From NCBI GenBank assembly GCA_964016885.1, contig CAXHJY010000449.1, positions 73,409-137,408 on the forward strand: a stretch of 64,000 nt of DNA, in the 5' to 3' direction. The position numbers and the translations under genes were made by a program. Shown piece after piece: positions 27,476 to 43,162 of this stretch (positions are counted from its first letter, which is position 1; each line of letters starts with the position of its first letter). This DNA is from Eledone cirrhosa (Eukaryota). The notes beneath the pieces were generated by a model that saw nothing but the letters and a program-made list of their open reading frames with translations, was not told where the DNA came from and did not search any database.

Positions 27476-27855
27476 AGGGTTATGTTAACACTAGTATGAG
27501 AATTATGTTAACACTAGTATGAGAGAAAATATTTATTCAGAATTTACTGAACAGTCTCAACCTGGTCACCAGCATGATCAATACACAAAAACCAGCGATC
27601 AACAGTACAATTTGGTGCCGTGATACACATTTCGCGGGGGATACTTCATATGACACCTTGTATTCTGTCCTTGAGTTCATCGATGTGTCTAACTTTTTTG
27701 CTATACACGCGCTGCTTTACTATGCCCCATAACCAGAAGCCACAGGGTGTCAGTTCAAGAGAGTGTGCAGGCCATGCCAATGGTCCACCGCGACCTATCC
27801 AACAATTTGGAAATGTTTGATCGAGAAAAGTGTTAACATATTTTGACTCACCCTG
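27476..27855 (-). mobile_element. Internally deleted Tc1/mariner-superfamily transposon with a transposase C-terminal remnant
   Basis: Ends ta-cagggt...accctg-ta. Minus-strand peptide FPNCWIGRGGPLAWPAHSLELTPCGFWLWGIVKQRVY resembles the WPxxSPDLxPxDFxLWG motif. Confidence 0.8.
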
Positions 27856-27878
27856 TATATATATATATATATATATAT

Positions 27879-29032
27879 ATAGAAAGATTTGAATGGATAC
27901 AGTTTAGTTGAAAGGAATTTATTGACACGTGTTTCTATAACAGTTACATAACCTAAAACAGCTATCTACAAACTTTTAGTTATGCAGACATTCAATATTT
28001 CAATGTTATTATTTACTGTCATTTCATCAGAATAATATTACTGAGGACCTATTTAGTTTTTATAGAGAATATTAGGAGGGAGGGGTGAAGTTGTTAGAAG
28101 AATAGTTGAAGGAGTGGTTTTTCGATAGCAGTGAGAATTCTTGGTGGCAGTGAGTAATTAGATTCCCATCTGTTGTTTTGACATTTTTTATAGAATATAT
28201 TATTGGTTATTTTTCTAAATCTATAGAAGGATTAGAGATAGTAAAGATATGCGTGGTTGGTTTTGTGTTTGCACTTAACATTCAGACTTAAATTTTTCTT
28301 TCAAGTGTACGTATTCTTTCACCCACGCATTCACACACAAATATATTTGCACACCTCTACAACATGGACTAGAGTGTGTATGTATATATGTGTGTGTCTA
28401 TACGTGTGTACATATAAAGATAAGTTGAGTATGAAAATGTATACACATGAGCGCGTATGTATGTACATGAATACATGTGTGTATATATATGTGTATGCAT
28501 GTGTATATATATGTAAGTATGAATATGTGAATTGTGAGTATATGTATTTTGTAGAGGTGTGCAAATATATTTGTGTGTGAATGCGTGGGTGAAAGAATAC
28601 GTACACTTGAAAGAAAAATTTAAGTCTGAATGTTAAGTGCAAACACAAAACCAACCACGCATATCTTTACTATCTCTAATCCTTCTATAGATTTAGAAAA
28701 ATAACCAATAATATATTCTATAAAAAATGTCAAAACAACAGATGGGAATCTAATTACTCACTGCCACCAAGAATTCTCACTGCTATCGAAAAACCACTCC
28801 TTCAACTATTCTTCTAACAACTTCACCCCTCCCTCCTAATATTCTCTATAAAAACTAAATAGGTCCTCAGTAATATTATTCTGATGAAATGACAGTAAAT
28901 AATAACATTGAAATATTGAATGTCTGCATAACTAAAAGTTTGTAGATAGCTGTTTTAGGTTATGTAACTGTTATAGAAACACGTGTCAATAAATTCCTTT
29001 CAACTAAACTGTATCCATTCAAATCTTTCTAT
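27879..29032. repeat. Long near-perfect inverted repeat: 484-bp arms (27879-28362 and 28549-29032), 186-bp spacer
   Basis: Arms read as reverse complements throughout; the ORF track shows an identical N-terminal peptide on both strands (28257+ and 28654-). Confidence 0.93.
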
Positions 29033-29139
29033 TTTTCTCCGGATTACTTTTGGAACTACAACTGGAACCGTCGAGCAAACTCTACGTGAGCTGATAATCT
29101 ACTGTGTGTAATATTTATATTACAACACAACGGAAAATA

Positions 29140-29215
<76 letters not shown>

Positions 29216-29219
<4 letters not shown>

Positions 29220-29715
29220 CTTTATTTGCCACAAGGGCGCACAAGAAAAGGGGACAATACAAAGACACATGCCGGGAATTTTACATAGTCGTGTAAAAAG
29301 TATAAAATAAACAATTATAACAATCGAAATCCCCAATAGGGGGGAGGCGCCACAAATGGGTTGTTTAATACCCCGTCGATAGAACAACCCTCAACTTCAC
29401 GAGTGTGTTGTGCAAGTGCTCCTTTCTTCCTTTAACCTACAGGTTTATATACAGAGACGGCCCAATCACTCAGGTCATTTTTGCCACATTCACCCACCTT
29501 TCAGTAAATTTACTGGGGTGCAGTGCCTCTCTCTCCATTCTGATTCTCCTTCTAAAGTGGTATCTAAAGAAGGGAATGAGTTGTTGTCCGGAGAGAAAGG
29601 CATCAGTCCTCAGTCCTCTCAATCTCGTCCACCATATAACCTCTTTCACCATAGCCACTATACACAGGAAAACCGCCTCTTTCGTTTTTGAAAGAGGCTG
29701 GCGATTTGATCCTTA
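29216..29715 (-). mobile_element. 3' end of an L1/Tx1-like non-LTR retrotransposon abutting a (TC)n tract
   Basis: Minus-strand peptide VFLCIVAMVKEVIWWTRLRG...FTERW resembles L1/Tx1 ORF2 C-termini; AATAAA is followed within a few bases by (CT)n. Confidence 0.55.
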
Positions 29716-29751
29716 CTATGGACTCGGCAATAGAGAGATAGATAGATATAG

Positions 29752-30465
29752 GTGAACTGGCACGTTCTGTTGTATTTTTCCCCTCCATCTGAACCAAAAT
29801 CCACCGAGGTGGGTTAACTCTGCTTCTCATCCGCTCAGGGATCGATGCAATAAAGTACCAGTAACGCACTGAAGTCGATTCGATTGACTTTCGCGGTTCC
29901 TTTCAAATTGCTGGCTTTGTGCCAATACAAGAACAAGCATTGTCCCTAACCTGTCGAGATCGACAAAATAAAGTATCAATAATACACTGGGTCGATTTAA
30001 TCGATATTCCTTTCTCCCCAAAATGGTTGGCCTTGTGCCTAAATCAGAAACCATTATTAGTAGAGGGTCGGACGTCATGATTTGCAGCATAGAGTTATGG
30101 CCCTTTTTGGTCTGAGTTCAAATTCTGCCGAGGTTAACTTTGCCTTTCATCTTTACGAGGTCGATAAAATAAAGTACCAGTAATGTACTGGGGTAATTGC
30201 TGACCTTGTGCCAAAAGTAGAAACAATTGTTATTATCATTATTTGGTTTTTGATTAGGGCGGTGGATTGGCAGTATTGGTTAGAGGGTCGGACGCCATGC
30301 TTTGCAGCATAGAGTTACGGCCCTTTACGATCTGAGTTCAGATCGCGCCGAGGTTAACTTTGCCTTTCATTCTTACGGGGTCGATAAAATAAAGTACCAG
30401 TCACGCACTGGGGTCCTGCCCCCCAAAAATTGCTGGCCTTGTGCCTATATAAGAAACCATTATTT
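29752..30465 (+). mobile_element. SINE cluster (degenerate copies 29752-30060, copies 30060-30240 and 30257-30465)
   Basis: Same SINE consensus. Confidence 0.82.
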
Positions 30466-31089
30466 TGTCTTTGATTATCGTAAAATATGGTGAAGCACGT
30501 GACTTTAAATATATTTTCCGGTTTTTCGGCCTTCTCTCCCCAGCACTGTGGTGCTGCAATTATAAGCTGAGTCTGTAGACAGACAATAGCCAAATGGAAT
30601 AATCTCTGTTGAAACGGTATTAGAGAGAGCGGGGGGGGGGGTGATATAGAGCGAGAGAGAGTGTGAGAGAGAGTGAGAGAGAGTGTGAGAGAGTGTGAGA
30701 GTGAGAGAGAGTGAGAGAGAGTGTGAGAGAGTGTGAGAGAGTGTGAGAGAGTGAGAGTGAGAGTGAGTGAGATAGAGCGAGAGAGAGTGTGAGAGAGTGA
30801 GAGAGAGAGAGTGTGAGAGAGTGTGAGAGAGTGTGAGAGAGTGAGAGTGAGTGAGATAGACCGAGAGAGAGTGTGAGAGAGTGAGAGAGAGTGTGAGAGA
30901 GAGAGAGAGTGTGAGAGAGAGAGAGTGTGAGAAAGAGAGAGAGAGAAGGGATAGAGAGAGAGAGAACCGTTCAAGCATTAGTGAGAGAGAAAGAAAGGCA
31001 GAGAGAGAGAAAGAGAGAACCGTTCAAGCATTAGTGAGGAGGGTTGTAGAGACTGAATTGTTCTTGCTGTTGTCTTATTTGCCTTTGTT

Positions 31090-31920
31090 CTCCTCTCTCT
31101 TTCTTTCTCCTCTCCTTGTCACTCCTTCTCTCCACTCTGTCTCTCCCTTTCTTTCTCTCTCTCCTTCTCTCCACTCTGTCTCTCTCTCTCCACTGCCTCT
31201 CCCTTTCTTTCTCTCTCTCCACTGTCTCTCCCTTTCTTTCTCTCTCTCCACTCTGTCTCTCCCTTTCTTTCTCTCTCTCCTTCTCTCCACTCTGTCTCTC
31301 TCTCTCCACTGCCTCTCCCTTTCTTTCTCTCTCTCCACTGTCTCTCCCTTTCTTTCTCTCTCTCCACTCTGTCTCTCCCTTTATTTCTCTCTCTCCAATC
31401 TGTCTCTCTCTCCACTCTCTCTCTCTCCACTCTGTCTCTCCCTTTCTTTCTCTCTCTCCCTTTCTGTCTCTCTCTCCAATCTGTCTCTCTCTCCACTCTC
31501 TCTCTCTCTCTCTCCACTCTGTCTCTCCCTTTCTTTCTCTCTCTCCACTGTCTCTCCCTTTCTTTCTCTCTCTCCACTCTGTCTCTCCCTTTCTTTCTCT
31601 CTCTCCACTCTGTCCCTCCCTTTCTTTCTCTCTCTCCCTTTCTGTCTCTCTCTCTCCAATCTGTCTCTCTCTCCACTCTCTCTCTCTCTCCACTCTGTCT
31701 CTCCCTTTCTGTCTCTCTCTCCACTCTGTCTCTCTCTCCACTCTGTCTCTCCCTTTCTCTCTCTCCACTCTTTCTCTCTCTCCACTCTGTCTCTCTCTCC
31801 ACTCTGTCTCTCCCTTTCTCTCTCTCCACTCTTTCTCTCTCTCCACTCTGTCTCTCTCTCCACTCTTTCTCTCTCTCCACTCTGTCTCTCTCTCCACTCT
31901 GTCTCTCTCTCCTTCTCTCC
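31090..31920. repeat. Pyrimidine-rich compound satellite (ctccactctgtctctccctttctttctctct)
   Basis: Direct inspection. Confidence 0.85.
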
Positions 31921-31985
31921 ATTAGATATTTAATCCTGTAAATCGCCATAAATAAATTAGTATTCATTTAATCTAAAAATCGGTT

Positions 31986-32031
<46 letters not shown>

Positions 32032-32123
32032 CGTATATATGATTGTGCGTCTATGTGTGTGTGTGTGTGTGTAGATACATATATATATACGTATATGTAA
32101 TTGTGTGTCTATATGTATTTGTT

Positions 32124-32154
<31 letters not shown>

Positions 32155-32356
32155 AGATATGTATGTCTATAAATATGTGTGTGTAGATATGCATATATAT
32201 AAGTATATACAGCTGGACACATCTATATATACAAACATACATATATATACATACACAATGCTATCTACCACACCCCCTCATATATACATGTATATAATAT
32301 ATATACGTATATGTATGTATATATACGTGTGTGTGTGTGCATATGTATATATGTAC

Positions 32357-32403
<47 letters not shown>

Positions 32404-32572
32404 CACACGTATGTGTATGTATGATAAAACCAAAAGGTAGTTGTAAATAGATAACCAATCAGACTGTGTATAAGTATCGATTTTAGAAAATATCCATAAA
32501 TGAACATCAATCATTGAATAATAGTCTGTAGAAATATGTTCTCACAATACCAATAGTGTGTGTGTATGTGTG

Positions 32573-32603
<31 letters not shown>

Positions 32604-32879
32604 ATGTGTGTATATATATATATATGTGTGTGTACATTTGTGTTTATGTCTCGTTCTCATTTTCTCTACGTGTATAAATTTATATATATATAATATATGT
32701 ATATATGTGTGTTTTTGTTTGTCTCTGTATGTGTGTATATATGTGTGTGTATGTCTCTCTGTATGTGTGTATGTGTGATTTTGTCTCCTGTATGTGCATA
32801 TATATATGCATATGTGTGTGTGTATATATGTATGTGTCTATGTTTATGTCTCTCTATCTATCTCTCTATATATGTATCT

Positions 32880-34070
32880 ATCCATCTATTTCGCTATCCC
32901 TCTCTCTCACACTATCTTTCTATGCATCTCTCTATCTTTATCTATCTATATCTATCTCTCTACCTCTATCTCTCTATATCTCTCTACCTCTCTACCTCTA
33001 TCTCTCTATATCTATCTACCTCTCTACCTCTATCTCTCTATATCTATCTACCTCTCAACATCTATTTCTCTATATCTATCTCTCTACCTCTATCTCTCTA
33101 TATTTATCTACCTCTCTACCTCTTAGTCTCTATATCTATCTACCTCTCTACCTCTATCTCTCTATATCTCCATCTCTACCTCTATCTCTCTATATCGATC
33201 TCTCTAGCTCTATCTCTCTATATCTACCTCTCAACCTCTCTGCCTCTACCTCTCTACCTCTATCTCTCTATATCTATCTCTCTACCTCTATCTCTCTATA
33301 TCTACCTCTATCTCTCTATATCGATCTCTCTACCTCTATCTCTCTATATCTATCTCTCTACCTCTATCTCTCTATATCTATCTCTCTACCTCTATCTCTC
33401 TATATCTACCTCTCTACCTCTATCTCTCTACATCTATCTCTCTATATCTATCTATCTACCTCTATCTCTCTATATCTACCTCTCTACCTCTATCTCTCTA
33501 CCTCTATCTCTCTATATCTATCTATCTACCTCTATCTCTCTATATCGATCTCTCTACCTCTATCTCTCTATATCTACCTCTCTACCTCTATCTCTCTATA
33601 TCTATCTATCTCTCTACCTCTATCTCTCTATATCTATCTACCTCTCTACCTCTATCTCTCTACATCTATCTCTCTACATTTATCTCTCTACATCTATCTC
33701 TCTACATCTATCTCTCTACCTCTATCTCTCTACCTCTATCTCTCTATATCTATCTCTCTATATCTAAGTCTCTACCTCTATCTCTCTACCTCTATCTCTC
33801 TCTCTCTACCTCTATCTCTCTATATCTATCTCTCTACCTCTATCTCTCTATATCTCCATCTCTACCTCTATCTCTCTATATCTATCTACCTCTCTACCTC
33901 TATCTCTCTATATCTATCTATCTCTCTACCTCTATCTCTCTATATCTATCTCTCTACCTCTATCTCTCTATATCTATCTATCTACCTCTATCTCTCTACC
34001 TCTATCTCTCTCTCTCTACCTCTATCTCTCTATATCTACCTCTATCTCTCTATATCGATCTATCTACATA
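32880..34070. repeat. Compound satellite (tctctacctctatctctctatatc)
   Basis: Direct inspection. Confidence 0.85.
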
Positions 34071-35339
34071 TGTTTACCTATATCTCTGCCAAACTATCCC
34101 ATTATTGCTTTCTATTTCTACTTCCTCCTCATCTCATTTACTTCCTCCTCCTTTAATATATCTTCTATTTTCCCACATCTCTCCTCTATCCCTCTCTATC
34201 CTCCCATATCTCTCCTCTCCCCCACATCTCTCCTCTCCCTCTCTCCCCCACATATCTCTCCCCCTCTCTATCCTCCATATCCCTTCCTCTTTCCCTCCCT
34301 CCCCAAATCTCCCTCTCTATCTTCTCATAATCCGCCCCTTTCCTCTTTCTACCAATATATCTCCTCTCTCCCCCACATCTCTCCCCTTTCTCTATCTTCC
34401 CATATATCTACCCCCTCCTCCTCTCCCTCTCTCTACCCATATATCTAACCCCCCCTCCTCTCTCTCCCCCTCTATCCACCAAACAGAAATACATCTGTTA
34501 AAATGTTCATTTTTAATTATTTCATTATTATTAATTAAATTGAAACAGATTTATGGGCGGTGAGTGACAGAGATAGAGAGAGAGTGTGTGTGTGTGAGTG
34601 AGAGAGGGGGTGTGTGTGTGAGTGAGAGAGGGGGTGTGAGTGTGAGTGAGAGAGGGTGTGTGAGTGTGAGTGAGAGAGGGTGTGTGAGTGTGAGTGAGAG
34701 AGGGTGTGTGAGAATGAGAGAGTGCGTGAGAGTGAGAGAGCGTGTGTGAGTGAGAGAGTGAGTGAGTGAGATAGAGAGAGTGTGAGCGAGAGACTGGATG
34801 TGTGTGTGTAATATTGGTTTGGCGGCGGCAGCGGCGGCAGGGAGGGGAGTGGAGGATTGTGAATATGTTGTATTGTTCCTGGAGAAACAAAGAAAGAAAG
34901 AAAAAAAGATAGAAAGAAAGATAGAAAGAAAGAAAGAAGAAAGAAAATGGGTGGGAAAGAAGAAAAAAAATCAAAAGCAAAAAAACAAAAAAACATCAAT
35001 ATTTTACAAAAGATCGATTATTGAACTGTGCAGCAAGAGTGTAGAGTACTTCTATAGAATGAGTCCAATTGTGTGTAATTCATGTCCGATACGCTTGTGT
35101 TCTTGTTTCGATATAGACGTTCGATTTATCCCGATATACGCTGATGACTGCCAGAAACACGATTTCTCTTCGCTCCAATAATCGCAATATAAACCTCACT
35201 GGGTTTTCGGCTACGTGGGTGGATGAGAGAGGGGGGGGGGGGGGGGGTTTGCATTTTTTTTTTTACTTAGTTGTAGCGGAAGGGACAGCGCCCATAGCCT
35301 TCAACACATCCAATAAATCGCTACAGATATATTGAAATT

Positions 35340-35750
35340 CACTACAAGTCTATTTAAATCGCTACAAGTCTATTTAAATCGTTACAAGTCTATTTAAATC
35401 GCTACAAGTCTATTTAAATCGCTACAAGTCTATTTAAATCGCTACAGGTCTATTTAAATCGCTACAAGTCTATTTAAATCGCTACAAGTCTATTTAAATC
35501 GCTACAAGTCTATTTAAATCGCTACAAGTCTATTTAAATTCGCTACAAGTCTATTTAAATTCGCTACAAGTCTATTTAAATCGCTACAAGTCTATTTAAA
35601 TTCGCTACAGGTCTATTTAAATTTGTTACAGGTCTATTTAAATTTGTTACAGGTCTATTTAAATTCGCTACAGGTCTATTTAAATTATCTACAGATCTAT
35701 TTAAATTCGCTTCAGATCTATTTAAATTCGCTTCAGATCTATTTAAATCT
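35340..35750. repeat. 20/21-bp minisatellite (gctacaagtctatttaaatc)
   Basis: About 20 tandem units that diverge toward the 3' end. Confidence 0.93.
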
Positions 35751-36114
35751 CTGCTAGAGGTACGGTTTTAATTCCAGCTGAAACACATCATACGAGGGTC
35801 CGCTGGCTGAGGTGCTCATAGGCTGACCAAGATAATCTCATGGAATGACCAAATGAGATTTATTTATCATAACCCCATGATCAGTCTATGATAGTGGCTT
35901 TATATGGAAAAGGGGAAAGAAAGTTTGACGCGTCGGGCTTTAGCCCTTCTTCGGGAGTACAAAAATAGAGACAGGATCACAAAGAGTAGATACAGAAAAT
36001 AAAAGGTTGTCCAAGTAGTAAACAAGACAAACCGTTGGGTAGTCTTGGTAACGAGGAACCAGTGAGCAATACAAGAAAGGTGACAATAAGTTAAAGGTAG
36101 GTAGGTAGGTAGGT

Positions 36115-36201
<87 letters not shown>

Positions 36202-36369
36202 TACACATACATGTACATATATATGCACAAACATACATACATAAACATATACATACACATATATACATACATACATATTTACACATATACATACATATAT
36301 GTGTATACATATTTACACATACATACATATATACATTTATACAGAAATATATATGCATATACAGATATA

Positions 36370-36483
<114 letters not shown>

Positions 36484-36488
36484 TATAC

Positions 36489-36665
<177 letters not shown>

Positions 36666-36995
36666 GCATATATATAAAATGGTGGAGAGAACAACAATGA
36701 TTTATGAATACATATATTTTTAATGGCTGACAATTTGTTTCAAACACGAAACCATCAATATACACACTAACCGTCTCTCTGCTGGCTTGTAATCTCCGGA
36801 ACTAATAGAACTATTCCTCCTTTTTGATTGGTTTGCTTCCTTTTTATTTGATATATATACGTGTGTGTATGTGTGTGTGTATATAAATATTTATATATAT
36901 ATATATGTATGTATGTGTGTGTGTATATAAATATTTATATATATATATGTATGTATGTGTGTGTGTATATAAATATTTATATATATATATGTATG

Positions 36996-37959
<964 letters not shown>

Positions 37960-38107
37960 CTTTATCTACACTCCGGAATACAGAATCATCAGGAACTAAA
38001 TTTCTTCAACAATTCTTCCATAACTCGTTGAGTAACCTCTCACCGTACGTCAACCCTATCCAGTGTAGTAATTAACCATTACTGCATCTAGGATAATCCT
38101 ATACCTA

Positions 38108-38172
<65 letters not shown>

Positions 38173-38943
38173 TTATGTAGAAGTTATATTTAAATTGTTG
38201 GGATACACCAAGCAAATATTTTTATAACTGATATGAAGCACTCAACAAATTATTGGATAAAAATACGATATAGTAACAAATGGAAACTATATTTATAAAA
38301 CCATATTTATTTCATTATACATATTTCAGGGATACCAAGTCAAATTATGGTGCGCTTTCATCAGATAAAATATAATATAGATCAGTTTTATAAATAAATA
38401 TTGACATACCCTTAAAGAATGCGACCATTTCTGTTGGAAGCTCCCGGATAGTGGGGTTATTAAATTTATTTAGTCTATTATGCAAATTAGTTTCGGATAT
38501 GTTTAAATCACAGTAGATTTAAAATAGGCCGTTGGAGTATGGAAAAAGAAAAAAGGAAAAGAGAAAGAAAAAGAGAAAAGAAAGAGCAAACTCTAAGAGG
38601 AAAAGAAGAAAACAAAAGAAAGAGAAAGAGAAAAAAGAAAGAGAAAGAGAAAGCCCTAAGTGATAGGTTGTTGTATTAACGTAAATTTTAAGATGAAGCG
38701 AAAAAATAAATATTTATTGTATGAGTTAGGCAGAGTAAATAAGCGTGAATAAAAAAAAAATAATAATAACCGGAGAATTTTATCTAATGTTTAAATTTGA
38801 TTAAATGTTTAGTTTATCAATTAAATTATCAATTAAATTATTGAGATCTATACATTAAAAATTGAGATCTATATATTATTAAAATCTATATATTATTAAA
38901 AACTATATATTATTAAAAAGAATATATTCATATATATATACAT

Positions 38944-39014
<71 letters not shown>

Positions 39015-39360
39015 TAAGTAAGACCCCGACGGCTGAGCTCAAGCCGTTTCGACGGCTAATTCTGTACCCTAAGTATTGAGTACTTTGGTGCGTTATGGTC
39101 CACCTGGTTCCTTACCGCTTTTCCTTCGCTATATATATATATATATACATACATATATATAAAAGATTTTTTATGTTTAAGATATATGAATTTTTCTAAA
39201 CTTATGGAAATTCGTAGATTTTTCGGAGAAATCGGAGAAAAATCGTTTCTATGAAATAGCAATACAGTGTGAAGGAAATTAAGTTATTTACTTATATTAA
39301 ATGTTATAAATGTTAAAATGATAAAAGAAAGTTAAGATTATAAAAACCTTATATTATTTT

Positions 39361-39465
39361 CCGAGGTTGACTTTGCCTTTCATCCTTACGGGGTCGATAA
39401 AATAAAGTACCAGTAATGCACTGGGTAATTGCTGGCCTTGTGCCTAAAGTAGAAACAATTATTTA
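39361..39465 (+). mobile_element. 5'-truncated SINE fragment
   Basis: Centre and tail of the SINE consensus only. Confidence 0.8.
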
Positions 39466-39770
39466 ATAGTAAGTTATAATTTTATAAATTTTAGATATCT
39501 CATAAATCCACCTGTTATATAGTTGTGACTGTTATAATATAAGTTTGTTTAGCATAAACCGTAAGAAACCTTTTATAACAGAATGTATTCGAATTGTATA
39601 TATACATATATAGAGACATAGACACATGTACCCATACATATATATACACAGAGATACACAACCCATATATAGATACATACACATATATATGCACATATAG
39701 GTAGACATACATCATATATATATATAGAGAGAGAGATAAATATAAAGTACATAATATAAAATAAAAAATG

Positions 39771-40093
39771 AGTTATAATTTTAAAAGGATTATAATTTTA
39801 AGAGGAATTACAATTTGGAAATATATTCATATAATTTTAAGCAATATAACTTTAAAACAATATAATTAAAAAAAAAATAGTTAAGCATACTGAGAGTTAA
39901 ATATTATATTAAAAAAATTAAAATTCATTTTTATACTGAATTTTTTATATATATTCTTGTATATTTTTTTAAATTATATCTTAAAATATTTTTTTAAATT
40001 ATATTGTTTTAAAGTTATATTGCTTAAAATTATATGAATATATTTCCAAATTGTAATTCCTCTTAAAATTATAATCCTTTTAAAATTATAACT
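39771..40093. repeat. AT-rich inverted repeat with about 100-bp arms (39771-39867 and 39997-40093)
   Basis: agttataattttaaaaggattataattttaagaggaattac... mirrored by ...gtaattcctcttaaaattataatccttttaaaattataact. Confidence 0.85.
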
Positions 40094-40327
40094 TAATTTA
40101 CGTTAATACAACAACTTTCTCTTTCTATTTCTCTTTCTTTTTTCTCTTTCTCTTTCTTTTGTTTTCTTCTTTTCCTCTTAGTTTCCTCTTAGGTGTAGAG
40201 GTACCGCTGTGGTACCTCTACACCTCGATACAGATGTGGACCTAAACATCGAGTGCTCACCTGAGTGAACTTACAGTAACTCCGCGCTACACTTCCTATA
40301 TATATACATATATATATATGTGTGTGT

Positions 40328-40369
<42 letters not shown>

Positions 40370-40450
40370 GGTAAGCAGAAATAACAACACAATCGGTACA
40401 GTATATGGAAGGAATATATTAGGTTAACGCTTGATATAGCAGGAAGAGGG

Positions 40451-40486
40451 TCTTAACGTTTCGGACGCTAGTCCTTCATCAGAAGA
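40451..40486 (-). ncRNA. Minimal type I hammerhead ribozyme (predicted)
   Basis: Minus strand: tctt CUGAUGA a ggac-tagc-gtcc GAAA cg UU aaga; palindromic ACGU in place of stem III. Confidence 0.68.
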
Positions 40487-40608
40487 AAGAACAAGAAATT
40501 AGATAGATTGAAGGGACGGGCCGGTTGGAATTAGAAAAATGTCTTTAGATAAAAATAACAGGTCCATTCATGCTGCCATCTTTTGGATATGTATGTATGT
40601 ATATGTAC

Positions 40609-40640
<32 letters not shown>

Positions 40641-41110
40641 GTACACATATATACATGTGTGCATGTAAAACAGTGGCTTGTCACGGTTGGAACGCCTTTA
40701 TTAATCTGTTCAATAATCAAGGTTGATTTTTACGTTAAACAACAATAACCGCCTTTCCTCTTCCTCTAGTAAAACCGGCCGCCAAAATCATCATGTGCCC
40801 CTTATCTCCCCAACCTTCACCATTACAACTATTTATTCTATATAAAGAATACAGCCGCCATCTTGTTACCTTAATTTAAGCTGAAAAATTAATTAATAAT
40901 GTATAATCGATATGCTTTATTAATTGAATAAATTATTTTTATCGAGAAAATAGAAATTGATAATTTCGTCTGTAAATGTGTTCCATAGATTTTCCAGCAG
41001 CTGATTCAAATATCAAAACAGCTCTGCTCGGAAATGTTAGTGTGTCTCTATGTCATTGGGTCCCTAGACACTCTCTATATTCTATTTGAGAAAATATGTG
41101 TGTACGTGTG

Positions 41111-41148
<38 letters not shown>

Positions 41149-42321
41149 GCACCCGCATACATACACATATATACACATATGCACACACATACATACACAT
41201 ATATACATACATATATATATACACATATATACATATACATAGATACACATATATACGTACATATACACATATATATATATACATATATATAGTATATACA
41301 TATTCATATATATTGAATAAATTTATACGATTCGAAATTTCAAAGTGGAATATTTTACTTCTTTATAACTTGAGGATAAACAATGTTTTTAGTAGAAGAC
41401 GTTTTTTTTTTTAATTTCGACGCCGCTGGCTGGCTGGCGCATGCACACACACACACACACACGCGCGTTTCGAAAGCGTGATCGAATTTCTCAAAAGTAA
41501 TTCGTTGATAGATTTTTGGCGAATATGATGTTTGAAACGAAGAAATGTATGATGGTTAGTTTGAACACATCTACGAGTGATTAAGTGTTAACGTGATGAC
41601 TTGCTTGTTGTTTGGTTGAAATGAAAGTAATTTGAGTAAACTGGATTAAACCCCTGAACGTGTGGTAAGCACGTTTTAAGTGCTCGGCAAAATCTCTTAT
41701 GATACCCACTCAATTTTGATATTAACGAGATATGAACAGAGAAAAATAAAAGTATCTGTTGAAGACAAAGAGATATTTATTCGTCAACCTGAGATATAAA
41801 ACGTCGTTCAAATCTCTGTGTTAACAGAGAAATATAAGTTGAATCAGCAATATAATGAATAAAGGTGTTTGTGTTACACAAATATAGTTTATAACGAGTG
41901 GGAGATGTTACGATCTGAAATGTTGGGCAGAATGTGTTGTGTGAATTATGATATGTATAGAAAACCCTAAACGTTTAAAAATGATAGACAAGTTAAAGAT
42001 GTATGTTACAAAAATGTGAGAGAGTAAGAGAAAACTGTGATAAAAGAATAAAACCGTCTGTCTGGTTGGCTAGACAACCAAATGTGTGGTGTAAATTCAG
42101 CATCGGAAATAAAAATTATATTATCTATGAAAATACGTCGTAGTTTCATACAATCACAAAAGTCACTAAAGCATAAAGTCACTACAGAATATTAACAGAG
42201 ACTGTTTACGTAGAAATTTCGCCACTGTCGGCGAAACGTTGCTGCAAACAGGTGCAGATATATTGCTTCTGTTGTTGTGATGCTAAATATTGCACAGAGA
42301 AAATAAAATACAGAGTTTTAT

Positions 42322-42430
<109 letters not shown>

Positions 42431-42740
42431 TGTATGTATAGTATATTTGGCAATATACCGTATGTTTAATTTAAAACATTTAGAAGACCATTCGTTATCA
42501 GTTTTAAAGTAGTGACTATGTTACTTATTTTCGGCAAAGGTAGGGAGAGAGGCTGACAGTCTGTTTCTCGCTGTTTGGTGTTCATCAAAACCACACACTC
42601 CCCTGCTTTGCCGAAAATTATAGAAGCTGGATTCTTATAGAATTCCAGTAATAATCCGGAACTGATTACACAGAGCGATTTCCGGTCCAACAAAAATTAG
42701 GTATTAGCATTGGTGCTCTGAAATAGCGATGTATACATAA

Positions 42741-42805
<65 letters not shown>

Positions 42806-42810
42806 ATATA

Positions 42811-42876
<66 letters not shown>

Positions 42877-43162
42877 GTATGAATCATGAAGTTGTAGCTG
42901 CCATATAGCAGGTACTATTCAAGTTGGTTGAGACAATAAAGCATCCGATAGAGCGGTTATGTATGTATGAATAGTACATAGTAATGTTTTCGAATGCAGA
43001 AACATAATTGTAGGTGAAGTTATATAGCTCCAAAATACGAGATTAACATTAAAATCTTATTAGAACTCACCAGAATTACATAAGATATAGCTATCTTAAA
43101 CAAAATTACCCTGGTATGTTATATTTTTGTATGTAATATGTTGAAGATAGCTATATATTACG

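Noticed and set aside
34800-35230. Unique-looking sequence with GC-rich patch and a 127-aa ORF
   Set aside because: No recognisable domain or supported splice sites; much of the ORF is low complexity
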